Program-made: the position numbers and the translations under genes | Shown: positions 24,753 through 39,291 of the stretch, piece after piece | Layout: each line of letters starts with the position of its first letter | Position numbering within the stretch: the first letter of the stretch is position 1 | Assembly: GCA_951406725.2 (NCBI GenBank) | Contig: OX597822.1 | Span: forward strand, 72,168,001-72,232,000 | DNA from: Octopus vulgaris | Taxonomy: Eukaryota | Direction of reading: 5' to 3' | Length of the DNA stretch: 64,000 nucleotides | The notes under the pieces: model-generated | Database searches by the model: none | What the model saw: only the letters and a program-made list of their open reading frames with translations | Told to the model about the DNA's origin: nothing

Positions 24753-26169
24753 AGTATTTGTGAATGATAATTGCTGTTTCAATAACATATATTCAAAATT
24801 AGTACTGCTGCTAGCTTCTTTTTCGGCCAGTTCCTCGAGTGCTTCTCTCGCTGAACGGAAAGTTTGAGAACAGTAGTAGGAAGCTTTAACATTGCAGATT
24901 CAAAATAAATGTTTAGTGTTTAAATCAATCAAACTGCGAGGAATTTTAAAGCAAAAATATACCGTCTAGCACAAATGGGCGTAGATAATCACGTGACAAT
25001 GGTTCGAGAGATCGGGGTATAACACATTTAAATAGGCAGATGCATTGAATCTAAGACAAGAATATTAAATTTTGTGTGGGTGTAGCTTTTTAAATTTAGG
25101 TTAGCTGATGTGTGTGTAATATCTATATAGAAAAATTAGGTCTTTTTCAGGGCGACATAATATTTGACCAAAGTATATCTGCATGGGTCACTACTTTCAA
25201 AGCTTGCTACATTGTTAAGAAAAACACAATCTATGAATACATAAAAAGAGTAAGATCATATCTGCTTTTGTCAGAGTGCAAATCGTATTTTTAATTTTGC
25301 GAAATCTGCGAATTTTACTGTGTGTGTGTGAGTGCATGTGTGTGTGCATGAGTGATTTTATGAGTATGCAGGGTCCTTGTATGCGGATGTGATTTGTGTA
25401 TTTATAAATCTTCATAGAGATATGCTTGAGTTTCACCCGGATCTACAGAAAGTGAACATACGGTTCTTAATAAATAAGTATATTTTAGTAACACCAGTCA
25501 TTCTCGATTTATTTCATTTTGAGTTTCTTAAGACGGAATATCATCACTTACTGCTCTGATTATTTACATCCTGTTTCTAAATTATGGGAAAATTTTAAGG
25601 ACGGAAATACTAACGTAACCGAATCTACTTGCCTTTAGCAACATATGAGGTTAAATTTGTCTTCAACTGTTGTTCGGTGTTAATGAAACGAAACAATGAA
25701 CTTGAGACAGGGGCATTAGTTTTCAAGTCAGCCACCTACAGTGAAATAGTTATAGTCTGTTGATGCTAATAAAGTAGGTATTTAAATAGAAACACAAGAT
25801 AGGAGTCTCTGTAGATCATTTCAATTATTGTTTCTAATTTAATCATCAAAGAGAAAATAGAGAAGAAAAAAAGATGGAGTGAGCGAGAGAGAGTGAGAGA
25901 GTGAGTGAGAGAGAGAGGTAGCGATAGTGAGAGAGAGTGAGAAAGAGAGTAAGGGAGAGAAATAGTGAGTTTGTTACAGACATGATTAAACAACTACTTT
26001 GCTGAACCTCTTGATACATTATTCGAGTTCAGTTTTCTCCATGGGAATGTTGATATATTCTGACAAAGTAACAAGATATATATATTGTAAGGCGAGCGCA
26101 TATAATCAATACAGTAATTACTGGTATTTAATCTATTGGCCTTAAAATTATGGTATTTGAAATTTGTAG

Positions 26170-26482
26170 GACCTCTGAAATCATTCCAGACTGAGCCGCT
26201 ACTTCTCTGAATTGAGAGACCACAGCTCCGGTACTATGGATATGTGGTTAGAATGTCGCAGGAAAGAACCGTAAGCCGGATTCTTCAAACCGAACCAAGC
26301 ATCAGGAGTGCTAGGGGTAGGCCAAGAACAGGGTTGTTGGATAATGTCCATAGTCTCAGTTGGTCCAGCTTGGGAATCCACTTGGGAAGTTAAATGATGG
26401 TTGCTTCTGAGAAAACCCAATAAAAGAAGTGACTGTCGCCTCGTGACTCTCTCAGGAATAGTGAGTGGAGAAGATGGATGGA
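26170..26482 (+). mobile_element. RTE-clade LINE 3' fragment
   Basis: Reads QLRYYGYVVRM...ARGRPRT..LD, the RTE C-terminal motif. Confidence 0.7.
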
Positions 26483-26759
26483 AAAAAAATTGTACTATGC
26501 AATACTGGATTTGATTGGACAAAGTATACACCGCACAGTGATCTACTACTTAGAATAAGTCCTAAACAATTTAGAAATATTAGAATAAAACTAGGAGCAG
26601 CAGTGGTTTACAGCTATCAAAAGCATAAACGGAAGTAATATGTCTCAAGAATTTAACAAAATCTAAAATGTCTGCATCGATCCTATAAGCTCAAGAAGCG
26701 GAGATAATCACAGTTTCTGCGAGGTTTAAGGAACCGAAAATACAAAACTCCTGCTTCTG

Positions 26760-27446
26760 GACAGGACACAAGTTCGTCGAAGGATTAATTCTTCAGCTCT
26801 TTCAAGCTCACCTCCTCTCCTGGGTTTGGCCTTGTCATGGCGAGTGGGCTTGCATGTTTCATGTGCTTCCTATGGAATCCCCTCTGACACCAATGCTCTA
26901 ACTTCCGGAAGATGAAGCTCCGCATTTACAACGCATCGGTCCTCTCCATCTTCCTCTATAGTGTAGAAACGTGGTCCCTCTTGAAGTCGTTGGTCAAGAA
27001 GATCGACGGTTTCGATAGCAGAGCCCTGAGAACCATTGAGAACATCACATCAGGTGGTACCATCACGTTACCAACGAAGAACTGCGTGCGCGCACGCATC
27101 AGCCTGCAGCCTCCCACCTTATAGCTATCCGTTGTATGCACCGGTATGGACATGTCCCCTGTCTCCCACTAGATCATCCTACCACGGCTTTAGTCTCATT
27201 CGACGTAGCAGCTGCGGGCTGGAAGAAGCCTCGTGGCCGACCCCTCACCAGATGGCTAGACGTAATTAAGAAAGATCTCCAGAAGCTCGACGCCACCTAG
27301 GAGGGTGCAGAGGGGCTGGCAGGTGACCACCGACGATGGAGAGCACTGATGGACTTTGTAGGCTCGTCGCAATGATGGCATCTCTGGGACCACTAACTTT
27401 GGATGACCTCAGCCCCATCAAGTAAGAGCATGAAGCAAGCAAGCAA
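26760..27446 (+). mobile_element. RTE-clade LINE 3' fragment with (AAGC)n tail
   Basis: KLRIYNASVLSIFLYSVETW, HVTNEELR, YGHV, KPRGRPLTRWLD and RRWRAL motifs across frameshifts. Confidence 0.85.
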
Positions 27447-27487
27447 CTCTTCCTATCACTAATTTTAAGCTGAATGAACTGAATCAA

Positions 27488-27880
27488 TACTCTTTTACTT
27501 GTTTCGGTCATTCAACTGTGGCCATACTGGAGCACCGTCTTTAGTAGAGCAAATCGACACCACGATTTATTCTTTGTAAGCCTAGTACTTATTTTATCGG
27601 TCTCTTTTGCCGAACCGCAAAGTTACGGGGACGTAAACACACTAGCATCAGTTGTCAAGCGATGTTGGGCGGACAAACACAGACACACAAACGTATATAC
27701 ACACATATACACACACACATATATATACATATATATAACGGGCTTCTTTCAGTTTCCGTCTACCAAATACACTCACAAGGCTTTGGTCGGCCCAAGTTTA
27801 TAGTAGAAGACACTTGGCCAAGGTGTCACGCAGAATCATGTGGTTGGTAAGCAAGCTACTTACCACAAATCCACTCCTAT
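27488..27880 (-). mobile_element. SINE family B
   Basis: Full-length match. Confidence 0.85.
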
Positions 27881-29020
27881 GACTGTTAAAGAAACGTGAA
27901 ATGAAGTGCCTCGTATCAACTGGTTAGAAACTTGAACCTACATCGTAGTGAGCAGGAGGATAACACTCAGATCAGTACGCCACGCGCTTTACAGCAAGCT
28001 GCATATATTCATCAAACGGATATACTTTTACATTGAACTACGTGACGATAACCAGAAAAAAAATGGCTGGCTGGCTGGTTGTATAAAGTGCTAAATTACG
28101 CCTGACTAATTCTCTTTCACCAAAATTTCTGGCCTTCTCTCTAAATGAGAAACTATTTTACGTAACTCAAATCACTAACTGTTAGAAATAGTCACGTAAA
28201 CGTCTAGGGAAAAGTTATCTACAGTGGCCTGACCACCACTGTGGGTCGTCATGACACGTGATTAAAACTGAAGTTAAGTTATGTGGCTGATGAAAGAGTT
28301 AACTATATCTGTGACATAAAGCTTGGCTAAATGGTACTGCTGTTCTTTTGATGAACAAAACCAATAATTTTAGTTTCTAACTCTTAAATGCCATAACGAA
28401 CCAACTCCACAAGTAATTTTGAATTTCATGATGGGAGACTTTCATTTCATTCCTAAATAATATTCTTAGAAGGCCAACATTTCCCATTTTCGAAATTCCT
28501 AAAAGACCCAGGTTTCATATACTTGAAGGCATCTGTTACGTAACTCGCTACATCTCTCATGTGATTTCCCTCATAATTCATTCATTTTTCGTGAAGGTAC
28601 ATAGCCTAGTGGTTACGGTGTTGCATTCACGACCAAAGGATACTGATTTCGATTCCAAGACTGGGCGCTGTCTTGTGTCTTTGAGTAAAACACTTCATTT
28701 CACATTGCTTCCGTTCACTAAGCTCTAAATGAGTGAGTCTGCGACGGAATGGTGTTCCGTTCAAGGGCGATGTTTTGATTTCGGCCACTTACGCGTCATA
28801 AAAACCTATTGGTCCTAAGGTCTTGAGACACTGACACCAAGAGGATTTGTCTCATTTCATAAATATTTTTTAGAGTATTTTGCATATTTTTATTGTTTCT
28901 ATTATGAAAAACTTCACCCACAAAAGTCGTTAGCCTAAAAGTATATCATGATTTTCATCGCTTAGAGAGAGAAGAGCAGCACTTCTGACGCGTCCAGACT
29001 GACAAGAGAAAGAGAGAAGT

Positions 29021-29436
29021 AAGGCGGCGAGCTGGCAGAGTCGTTAGCACGCCGGGCGAAATGCGTAGCCGTATTTCGTCTGCCGTTACGTTCTGAGTTC
29101 AAATTACACCGACGTCGACTTTGCCTTTCATCCTTTCGGGGTCGATTAAATAAGTACCAGTTACGCACTGGGGACGATATAATCGACTTAATCCGTTTGT
29201 CTGTCCTTGTTTTTCGTCTCTGTGTTTAGCCCCTTGTGGGTAGTAAAGAAATAGGTATTTCGTCTGTCTATACGTTCTGAGTTCAAATTCCGCCGAGGTC
29301 GACTTTGCTTTCATCCTTTCGGGGTCTATAAATTAAGTACCAGTTACGCACTGGGGTCGATGTAATCGACTTAATCCGTTTGTCTGTCCTTGTTTGTCTC
29401 CTCTATGTTTAGCCCCTTGTGGGCAATAAAGAAAAT
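29021..29436 (+). mobile_element. SINE family A (tRNA-like head, Meta-domain-like core), dimeric, with 17-bp TSD
   Basis: Head aaggcggcgagctggcaga, B-box gagttcaaattc, core gcctttcatcctttcggggtcgat..aagtaccag. TSD aagagaaagagagaagt at 29004-29020 and 29437-29453. Confidence 0.9.
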
Positions 29437-30569
29437 AAGAGAAAGAGAGAAGTTATCCTCAACAGGAGACCGGTCCAAATGTCTGCAACAAAGCCAACTG
29501 TATTAAACTAAGAGTACTTAAACATCATGTAGTGATGTTAAATCAGAACAGATTGGGTTAACAATATATTCAACGTCTATCTGGATCGACTCCAGTTAAT
29601 ATATTTTTAGTAGCCAAATTTTGCAGCATCTTTCGCGGTGTGAAAACAGTTGGTGTAGAGGCTACAGCTATTTAAAGAAAGATTGTATTTGAAGTGGAAG
29701 CCAAACTTGTATTTTCTGTAACTGTGCTGTAATAAGTGTGGATGTCGTGGAAGCATTAATGTAACTCTGATTTCCTTGCGGGTCGAAATCAGAAGAATGT
29801 AGGTAAAATATAAAATAGGACAATTGATTTCTCGATTAGCAGCAATGCTTCGGACGATATAAAAGCGAGAGAAACATGGAACTGTATGGTATCCAAGAAC
29901 TTAAGAGAGTTGAAACTACTACTACTACTACTAGACGAAACTAGGTTGCGAACTTTTACATAATTAGAAATGAAAAATAAAATAACGAAAAGCATAAAAT
30001 GATGTTTTAATTTTTTCCTTTTTATGTTCTCAGATTAAATTGCTTGTTGAATCGTTTTGCAAAATCTCTGTTGGAAATGTCGATCTGATGTTAATATGCA
30101 AATATCGATTCGATATCATGCTTACATGAAAAGTAGCATAAACGTTGGGTGTTCAATTCATACAGTAGGCCAGCTTCTGTAAATAGTTTTTCTTCAGTTA
30201 TAGGATTACATTCAGCGTTGACATTTTGATGGCATTAATCCTTTTTTCTTTCTCTTTCTTTCAAGAGACAAAGATTAAAGTGGTCACCCTACTGTAGTTT
30301 TCATGCTTCAGTGAATCTCGGGGACGGAATATATTTTCAGATATGAAATGAAGTTTAATGTCACAGGTTGAAATATATTTGGTATATGCAGATTGGTTGA
30401 TATTTTTGACGGATATAACAGATGTGTTTATATAATACATCATTACCATAATGCTTGCGTTTTTCAATGAAGTGTAAACGATATATCATTAGGCATATAT
30501 TAATAAAATTTTCTACAGTTGTGTTTTTGCATGACTTTTAGAATATATCTCTTAAGACATACACAAATA

Positions 30570-30610
<41 letters not shown>

Positions 30611-33600
30611 TTGCAAGGTTTAATTTTGGAGAAAACAAAATAGCTCTTACGAAAATGTTTAATATTAATACATATTAATATATTTACTTACTGATTTCTA
30701 GGCTAAAATCTAATTTTAAAATGTTTTCGTTTTACTTGTCAGTAATACATTATAGATAAGCAAAATTCCCGATGTTTTAAATTACTCGTATGTAACAGAA
30801 ACTCCATGGGAGGAACAAGTTATTTCTTTATTTCTATTTTATCTCATCTATGAAAAAAGATGCAACTATATACTCTATCACGGGTCTTTTAACGATTGGA
30901 TAACTACCTATTTGTATCAACAAAACCTTCTACTTCTTGCAGTGTGTACCAGAGCAGATTAACTAGTTCGCGTCTTGCATCTTACCATATTTTACAAAAT
31001 GTCCCAACGGGCGAGTATTAACATTATTCTATTCGTAGGAAGCTCTAATGCATATAATCCTGCGTAACCCCTTCGTTATATCATCATAGTGATGCCATTG
31101 TAACGGACTCAGTGACAACGACCATCCAATGGAAATGAAATCTCAACTGACAAATCTCCATTTAACTGTGAGCATTGATCTGAACTAAGTTTCAAATACA
31201 ACGTTATGAGAATAAACATCAAATGCAAACCGTAGGCATACACATGTCGTATCACTCATGTCGACGTCTGTAAAGTATGTTTATTAAGAAAACGTTTATG
31301 GTAAGTCAATATCAAGTTGAGTTGTATGCATTTTAATAATGAAATATATTTCCTACGTGTTGTGTTGAGAAAATCCATGCTTCAGATTATAGAAAAAAAA
31401 ATCATTAATCGAAATTCCGATGATGAATTGAAGCCAGTTTAAAACTCAATGATAATATTTAGCAATGGGATCATGACGAAACTACTGACGATGTCTCACT
31501 GGACATTTCACTGGACATTAAAAGAGACATAAAATCAGATACACAATATCCGAAAATAAACATTAATGCGATATCTAGAGCCAATCTTTTACAAATATAC
31601 TTGTAGAATCTCTTTCTTGCACTTGTTAAAAATTTCAGTCGCATTCCAGTCTCAGAAAACTTGTAAACTGATATATATATGTCTACAGTCTGTCCACAAA
31701 ACTCCTCACTCGTATTGTTCAATTAAATGGAGTTGCATGAAACGATCGTACTGCATTACCTCTCGATATCCTTGTTGCGTATTTTGATTTTAATCATCTT
31801 ACTTTGAAATTGTATGGATAATACCGTACTAAATTCTGGTGCCTCAACTTATATTCATCTGAATCTAAATTTTTGCTGAACTCATCTACCATACCCAAAG
31901 TATATATACACACGCTACCATACCCAAAGTATATATACACACGCTACCACACCCAAAGTATATATACACACACAAAGCAATCAGAATCAATAAGCTCCTT
32001 AAATTCCAATCTGTCTTGATTCGCATATCCTATCGACAAATACAGACGGCCGACAACCGTTGCAGCGAATATAACTGAGAAGTGATTCATCGCTGTAATT
32101 AGTTTGGTAATTTGATATGTTGAATACTATATTTAATGGTTGATTAAAATAAATACCTAAAATGATGGGATGTGTGAGTTATGTTCAATTAAGTATACTA
32201 TTTCTTTTCCAAACCATTTCGTCTCTACCGTGCTCATACATACAAAAGTAGTAGAACCGTAAATATACTAGTTAGCCTACACCGAGAAGGAGCATTGACC
32301 GTATCGATACCTTCCGGTTTAGGGGAGCCAGCAAAGGCCTTGGGTACAATATTTTTCTCCAGAGCAAAGTGACTAGAAAGTATTGGGTTACTTCAAACCA
32401 CTGCAAATATTAAATAATAATTACATTAGATCAATGGCTTTTAAGGTCCGATCAAGTTAGTTTTATCTAAATCTTTTGTGGTAAACACCGTCATTAAAAG
32501 AAAGGAAAGCGATTTAGGAATAAACTAGATAGGGGAGATAATCGACGTGCCCAGACTGCCGCATTGTACAACATACGATAAATTAACACGAGTCAGAATG
32601 AATGATAACTCGAGAGAGACATGATATGTCTGAAACACGGGATATGTGGTTGTGACTCATTACGATTCATTATCAATTCTGGATACAAGTCCTAGGACTC
32701 ACAGGCTCAGTTACCCCGTTCCCATGGCGTATAAGTGACCGAAATCATAACATTCTTCCTGAACGGGACGCCGGTCCCTTGGAGGTTTGCTTTACAGATG
32801 AGTGGACTTGGGAGTAATGTGAAATGAAGTGTTTTGCTCAAAAACACAACACATCGCTCGGTCCGACAATGTTGTGAAAAGCACCTTGGCTTTCGACGGA
32901 CAACATATTTGCCATGAGTTTATTCTATGAAAATTGATCTAGAGCTAAGCAAAATCAAGGTTTACATGCATAACATCACACTGGAAACGTTAATATCGAG
33001 TTATAACAGGTCACAACGCTTTCGTTAACACGATTCTGACAAACTTCCACCATAAACAACATAATGAAGTTTATTATTTTTCTTAAATACCCTGTTTCAG
33101 AAAATGGATTTATAAAATTATAGGATTTGATCGTTTTGCGTTTTGATATTGCTCCTCTGACCGACAAAGTTAATCACACTCAGTTAACTGTTGTAAAAGG
33201 ACTTCAAAGAACTGAAACGATAATCAAAGCCCAATTAACTGTAATTGTTGAGTTACCTGTAGGTAATATAATCAAGATATTATATTTTACTCAGAATGTA
33301 GGAATATTGAATTAGGGACGCACTCCAATTTGTTGTAAATTTTCTTTCTCAGATCCAAGCCCAAAGTAAAATGATTAATCGAATTTTATAGAACAGTTCT
33401 GTCAAATGCGTTAACAGAAACACAGCTTCTCGGTTTAGTGGTTAACGTTTCACATCACCTGTTATCCATATACCTGTATAGAATTACGTTCTCGACTTTG
33501 AAGTTTTCTAAAAGTGATAATTAGAATAAACCAAAGATTTTACATGAATGTCTAGCCATATTTCTAGAATCAAAAGACTTATGTAACATATAACAGATTT

Positions 33601-33984
33601 AGGTTTTGGAAGGTTTAATTAACCTTTGCAAACGTACTTCAGTCCAGTATTGGTCTTAGGTTTTGTTCTATCATGTATGACAAAGCAATTACTTTATTAC
33701 TTTTGCAGGTATTTCTTTTGAAAGATTACCTTTTACGTTGCAATTAGTTCCTTGCTTATGTTGTCGATGTTAATTGTTCCGCGGCAACGGATAACTTTTG
33801 TATATTCTAATAAGCCACAGTGTTAGAATCCTGTATTTTTAACTGTCATGAGCTTCTAGAGAATCTCTAAAAGAAGAGTGAACTACATTTCGAATCATGC
33901 TGGCGATAGAAACACAATATTTTACTTAGGTTACTTAAATTACTTAGATAAGTTTCGGCCGAAGTTTGCCCACGCCATGTCTAA

Positions 33985-34375
33985 TTTAATAGCACTAACT
34001 GGAAGAGATACACAGTCAGCTCTTGGGGCACCATATCCCATTCGAGCAGAGAGTTATTATTTTCAGTGACATATTCGGGTGTGGGTGGTTTGTCTGGTAT
34101 TTGTTGGAGATAATCATCTAGGGACCGTTTGAATGCCATGAAATCACTTTCCTCCTTTATGTGGGCCGACACGATGTTGAAGAGAGCAGGGCCAGTTGAG
34201 GTGAAATACTTCTGTCGTAGTGTTGTGATATGACATGAACATGATTTCTGTAGTGGACGGATGGCATGGAGGCCAATCCTCGGATGAATTTTAAAGATGG
34301 TACCTATATCATTTGGTTAATTTTGATGGAATATTTTCCACATCATACAGATGATATAGCGCTCACAGCGGCGTA
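33985..34375 (-). mobile_element. CR1-like LINE 3' fragment
   Basis: ERYIICMMWKIF...GPALFNIV...FKRSLDDYLQQIPDKP...NSLLEW, typical CR1-group ORF2 C-terminus. Confidence 0.75.
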
Positions 34376-34640
34376 GATTCACTTTACGATTGAAATAATT
34401 CGCTGAAATGAACTATCAATTAGTGTACTTCACGTCAACAGGCATACCTAATCAGTGACAGCCTTGAACAAGACGTTTCCTACACACAAAACAGGGCTAA
34501 TTCTACACATGCTTTCTAAATAGAGTTGACTCCGCACGCAATACCGAGTGAAGAAATTAATTTTCAATAGATGTTGTCATCACAATACAGGACCCATTAT
34601 ACACACGATGCTCTATGGAGAAAGGAAAAGGAAATATTCT

Positions 34641-34821
34641 AATATTGAATATCAAATATTAAGGGACTAGTATACTTTCTTGCGGTGAAGCAGTTTTCAA
34701 GGTCCCAGGTTGTGACAGGAATGTTTCAACTGTCGAAACATTCCTGTCACAACGTGGGACCTTGAAAACTGCTTCAATGCAGGAAAGTATAATAGTTCCT
34801 TAATATTTGAAATTCAATATT
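34641..34821. repeat. 181-bp palindrome (90-bp arms, 1-nt centre)
   Basis: Arms pair with about 8 mismatches around position 34731. Confidence 0.95.
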
Positions 34822-34996
34822 TCATCTATTCAATAAGACAATCAATACTTCATTTCAAATTATTATATATACTATATATGCTATATATTCTATATTCTAC
34901 ATTAATATTATAAAGAATATAAATAAAACATAAAAAACAGACAGAGTTGGAATTCCTTTGAATAATATATTCCTCTGTACACAATCAAACCCCTTT

Positions 34997-35051
<55 letters not shown>

Positions 35052-35175
35052 TCTGCTCGCTTAGCCAGCGGGGTGGCGTCATTCGAAGGTTAAAACAATG
35101 CGAACGCATTGTGACGCATTGTGACCAGCGATGTGTAACAACAACTGGTGGTCTGGTCGGTCACGTGATCACGTG

Positions 35176-35247
<72 letters not shown>

Positions 35248-35254
35248 CTGTGTG

Positions 35255-35345
35255 TGTATGAATAAGCTTCCCAAAGCGATCGGCAAGGCGTCGATCTGTT
35301 TCCCCAACGTAAAGAGTACAGCAAAGCTTGCATTTCACTTGCAAT
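35255..35345 (-). mobile_element. Penelope-like GIY-YIG endonuclease fragment
   Basis: VKCKLCCTLYVGETDRRLADRF matches CxxC...YVGETxRxLxxRF; abuts a (TA)n tract. Confidence 0.75.
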
Positions 35346-35448
35346 CTGTTTCGCCTAATTTACAGCTTTCAATGTTGATTTCTGCCAAGCAAGCGTTTAT
35401 ATTTGCGAAAGGTTTAACTGCAACTTATGATACAAATATTTAGGTCAC

Positions 35449-35665
35449 AAAGGCGGTGAGCTGGTGGAATCGTTACCATACCGGTGAAAATGCTTAGTAC
35501 TATTTTGTCTGTCTTTATGCTCTGATATTAAATTCCGCCGTAGTTGATATACCATTTCATCCATTCGAAGTCGATAAAATAGGTACCAGTGATGCACTGG
35601 GGTTGGTGTAATCGATTTACCCCTCCTCAAAATTGCTGGCCTCGTGCCAAAATTTGAAACCAATA
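35449..35665 (+). mobile_element. SINE family A
   Basis: Head aaggcggtgagctgg; short tail aaaattgctggcctcgtgccaaaatttgaaac. Confidence 0.8.
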
Positions 35666-36603
35666 TTTAGGCCACTAGGATTAGCGCTGTCTATAAAATG
35701 AAATCATTCCATCAAAGAATCAAAATGTGATTTCAGACACGGCCGCCGAAATCTTATTAAATCAAAAAAGGAGGTGAATTCTTGAGGCCGTATGAAGCTC
35801 TTAACTGCTATCGAGGCAAAATGAATATTTTATTTCCTGCTTCGGCGCTATCAACACCCTCACGCATAAAAAAGGTTATATCAGAAACAACAGTAAAATT
35901 TCTCCAGAATTATTTGGTTCAGTCTTCAGTAAGATACCTCACTTAATAAACAGTGCTTTCTTATTGAGATTTGTATTTTTCAGTTTTTACTTCAGTTGCT
36001 TTATTTGTTTTTGCAAATTATATTGATTTTTTGTTTGTTTTGTTTCATGGAATTGCAGTAAGATTTAATACCATTTATCACTTGCAATATAAGGTAAAGA
36101 CTAGAGCAGAAATTGAAATAAATAGCTGCAATATATTTCGCATTGCCAGTTGTTTTTATTGCCACGATTTAAAGGTAATTCAATGTAAATGAGACAGACA
36201 TTTTCCAGACACAATCTCTGAAAATACTATAACTGTTTCAACAGTGAACTTTTCATTAGACTTAGGTTTAGGTGAAATTTTCGAAGACTATTAAAACTTT
36301 TTTTTTCTTAAAAATAACGACACAAAAAAGTTTCCTATATGATAATTTAGTATTTTAAATAGACTTAAACTCTGCATTTATTGCCCACTTTTTATAACTG
36401 TTTTCTACAAGTCAGTCTCTTGGTTGTCTTACGTTGTTTTTCGAAACGGACAACGATGGTAACGATAAATAAGACCTGCAATCTTTCAGCAAATTTACAC
36501 AAGAGACATTTTATTTGACACTCATTTCTCATCCTAATCCTTCAACCTTCTTTGTCTTAACCTGTTTTCATACGCTTCCTCATCAATATCATAATCATCA
36601 TCA

Positions 36604-37030
36604 TAGGCATAGGAGTGGCTGTGTGGTAAGTAGCTTGCTTACCAACCGCATGGTTCTGGGTTCAGTCCGACTGTGTGGCACCTTGGGAAACTGTCTTCTA
36701 CTATAGCCTCGGGCCGACCAAAACCTTGTGAGTGGATTTGGTAGACGGAAACTGAAAGAAGCCCGTCGTATATATATATATATATATATATAAATGTATG
36801 TGTGTGTATATATTTGTGTGTCTGTGTTTGTCTCCCCAACCTCGCTTGACAATCGATGCTGGTGTGTTTACGTCCCCGTAACTTAGCGGTTCGGCAGAAG
36901 GGTCCGATAGGATAAATACTAGGCTTACAAAGATTAAGTTGTGGGGTCGATTTCTTCGACTAAAGGCGGTGCTCCAGCATGGCCGCAGTCAAATGACTGA
37001 AACAAGTAAAAGAGTAAGAGAGTAAAAGAG
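36604..37030 (+). mobile_element. SINE family B
   Basis: Full-length match. Confidence 0.9.
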
Positions 37031-37929
37031 TAATAGGAAAATACGAAGAGACAAAATATAAAAAAAAGAATGAATGAAAAATATTTTCAGAGATGATTAA
37101 GGGATGTATTAAAAAGAAACTGTTGTATTAATGCCGAATTGCAGTTTCGATTCATTAAAGTACTTCAGTGCCTCTGCAAATCTTTATCGTTCACACTGGT
37201 AGTCTCTGTTATGTTTTACATCTATTAGTCCCAATAATATGATTCCTAACCCTAACACTATCCCTAACCATAATACTACAAAAGTTCAATGTTTTAAAGC
37301 CCATGGTTACAGTTTATGGACTATCAAACACGATTTTCAGCAACTGGGACTGCCAATCGAAAATATTGTGCCGAATTTTTAAGATTTTTAAAATCTTCAA
37401 GTAATTTAAAGCGGCAACGGGCGATGCAAAGGGTTATATGGAAAACTGCTTAGTTATGGTAAGCCATTTGGAGAATGCTCAGAACAAATAAGAATGCCAC
37501 TGAAACACATTCGTTCATTTTATTAGTGTTATTATAACAGTCTTCACATTTAGTTTTTCGTCCCTTTTCAGCCTTTCAACTTGATAGCACTCAGAAATTT
37601 GCGTATCATGGATCAGCGCTAATAATCTGTTCGATTGCTTATGAGGACTTTTAAAGCGGTTGGCGCGTGCTAAACCCTCGCTCAGGCTGGGAACCAAAAG
37701 CACCTGCTTATTTTAATGCTTATTTTAAGTAGTTATACTGAAGAAAACTATGTTTTTTGCTGAAGGTTAATGTTTTCGTTCTGTTAAATTCGTTCCCTTA
37801 TGCCAGATCTAATAATGAAAAATTAGGGATTAAAATGTATTAATTAAACGGCTTACTCACACTGACATATACGTAAATATAAATATACATACACACATGT
37901 AAATAATGGCTCTATACCGTGTATGACTT

Positions 37930-38380
37930 TAAACAGCATCCAGTAGTGGGGCCCTGACCTGCCATTACTGTTGCTAGATCTACTCTAGCTTGGAGCAGTA
38001 GTATTTGCCAGGCTCCTAGCTACGGAATCGCCTCCAGAAGATGAACAGTCAGAGACACCCCAATGGACCCAGAGCAGATGTAACTCTTCAGCTCCTAAGC
38101 TGCTCATCTAAGAGGAGACAACTCTATAAAAATCTTTCATCCTGGTAGCCAATGGGTCGGCGGGATCTAACCAATACAAGTTGAAGGACAGGAGGGGACA
38201 GGTTCTATTCAAAACACGCCCACAATAATAATATTCAACATGCAGATGGGTCAGAAAACCAAGATGCCTGCATCAACACCAACACACTATCTTCAGAAAT
38301 CCAGTGGCGACTAAGGACACTGCGCAGCTATGTCTTGCTGGACTCTCATTCGTCAAAGTGACGAGAGAGTTGAGTCAGTC
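37930..38380 (+). mobile_element. possible RTE-derived short bipartite element
   Basis: GC-richer island with catctaagaggagacaactct (RTE 5'-UTR-like) ending in an agtcagtc tail; no intact ORF. Confidence 0.35.
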
Positions 38381-38666
38381 TGTGGTGTATATAATGGCAG
38401 TGATAACGAACCACCTCAAAAGGTTAAGTTTAGAAACCTAGGCTAAGGACTTTCATTGTAGTACGATTCGAACTACTATGCGCAAGTTGGTAACTTAACA
38501 ACGTGGAGGGCCTTTCAGGGCCTTAAGTCAGTCTGTGGTGTATGTAATGGCGGTGATAACGAACGAGCTCAAAAGGTAAAGTTTAGAAACTTAGGCGAAG
38601 GACTTTGATTGCAGTACGATTCGAACTGTCATATGCAAGTTGGTAACTTATCAACACGGAGGGCCT
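38373..38666 (+). repeat. 153-bp tandem duplication
   Basis: agtcagtctgtggtgtat...ggagggcct at 38373 and 38526. Confidence 0.92.
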
Positions 38667-39064
38667 GCCTTTGAAAGGCCATGAGAACAGTAGTTTGGAA
38701 GCGATCAATACCAATATAAAAAAGGTTTATTTTCCTCTCCTGATAATACAACTTGACGGGTTATAATATAATACTAATAAACAAAAAAATATTAAATGTT
38801 CGTTGCTTAATGGTTAAAAAATCTGAAGACAAGGAGACAAGGATAAAGGAATCCCATGGGTTAAAGTCTTCGACTTGGTTCCGTCACTTCGATTGTTTTC
38901 ATTGACATTGAATGTACTTTTAATATCATTGCGAAAACATGAATTTCTAAGTTCCCCAGTTACCATTTCTCATAAATAAATAAAGATAATCACATAAGCA
39001 TTGATATCTTTTATTTATTCTGTCCTATTACTTTCCTTATTTATATAACATTTTATCTTTTATC

Positions 39065-39240
39065 ACTTACTTGTTGCAATCACTACTGCGGCCAGCTGGA
39101 GCACTGCCTTGATAAGTTTTAGTCGAAAATATTGACCCTAGAAGTTATTATTTTAAAAGTTCGGTACTTATTCTAGCAGTGGAGCAAGTGCAAATACAGA
39201 CGAAAGGACATTCATACATACAGATACACACGCACACACA

Positions 39241-39291
<51 letters not shown>

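Noticed and set aside
29021-29110. tRNA genes at SINE heads
   Set aside because: A/B-box-like motifs only, no complete cloverleaf, and always fused to SINE bodies.
30000-31900. Possible highly decayed piggyBac-like transposase
   Set aside because: Only faint acidic and Cys-rich hints; no TIR/TTAA pair or readable catalytic motif could be supported.
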